DNA of 64,000 nucleotides, taken from Heterodontus francisci. Taxonomy: Eukaryota. Positions 63,484 to 64,000 of the stretch are shown here, piece after piece; position 1 is the stretch's first letter; each line of letters opens with the position of its first letter. The notes beneath the pieces were generated by a model. That model saw nothing but the letters and a program-made list of their open reading frames with translations. It had not been told where the DNA came from and did no database searches. The stretch spans positions 8,370,001 through 8,434,000 of the forward strand of contig NC_090404.1 in NCBI RefSeq assembly GCF_036365525.1. Reading direction: 5' to 3'. The position numbers and the translations under genes were made by a program.

Positions 63484-64000
63484 CTGCAGTATGAAAATGC
63501 ATATTATTAATTGTTTAGCCGGTATTTAGGCGGAGAAACTTGTCAATCGCAGGAATAGTTATTGTTTTCGCTGTAATTTGCGTCATTTGAAGCCTGTTCG
63601 GAATTTATTCACCGTTATTGAGATATGAACCAGTGCGGAGATGATTTGTATTTTATGTTACACAGCAAATTGTTCTGATCTGGAATGCACTGTCAGAATG
63701 GGTGGTAGAAGCAGGTTAATATTAACATTCAAACGGTAATTGGATAAATGTTGGACCAGGAAAATGCACGGGTCACGGAGGAAAAGCAAGGGGGAGTGGG
63801 AACAATTGGACAGCACCTACAAAGACGATGGGCCGAATGGCGTCCCTCCATGTTGTATGATTCAATGATTCTATTCAATTTCTGTTTTTATTTTTCTTGG
63901 TGAAAAACAAACTGGAGGAAACATTTTAATATCAGTGAGAGAATCACTTTCCAAAAACTGTCTGTCCAAGAGTAACCCAGCTGTGTTATGTCAGTACGCA

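Larger units (their letters stand above)
58943..64000 (+). repeat. Direct duplication of 17969-~20457 (=58943-~61735) and ~27775-30060 (=~61745-64000)
   Basis: Near-identical Penelope element, flanks, LINE endonuclease fragment, RSS array and supporting V, in the same orientation. Confidence 0.93.

Noticed and set aside
1-64000. Germline-joined VDJ, signal joints (CACTGTGCACAGTG), TCR constant exons, RAG-transposon ORFs, tRNA genes
   Set aside because: None seen by eye; all segments are in unrearranged configuration and the A/B boxes belong to SINEs.

Overview
Vertebrate genomic DNA from the V-segment region of a T-cell receptor alpha/delta locus, almost certainly of a cartilaginous fish (NAR-TCR genes, HE1-type SINE, CR1/HER1-type LINEs). 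No TCR C exon or conventional TCR D/J segment is visible. The window holds two complete NAR-TCR cassettes (leader - NAR-type V - D - J - leaderless supporting Vdelta), one on - (35971->29243) and one on + (48922->58856), forming the arms of a ~12-15 kb inverted duplication. The supporting V of a third cassette lies at 63178-63483 (-). About a dozen conventional TCR V genes or relics occur on both strands; only those at 11.9-12.4 kb and 42.1-42.6 kb are open with intact splice sites. The rest is decayed CR1/L2 LINEs (some nested), two copies of a Penelope-like element, SINEs, a probable solo LTR and minisatellites. Most unusual: (i) tandem ~62-bp arrays of 23-RSS behind the supporting Vs; (ii) reciprocal lesions in the two inverted cassettes whose RSS geometry would let a RAG inversion assemble one fully canonical NAR-TCR; (iii) repeated loss of Cys23 in otherwise intact V genes; (iv) a duplication breakpoint at an RSS heptamer. 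Everything was read by eye; repeat boundaries are approximate and no database search was run.
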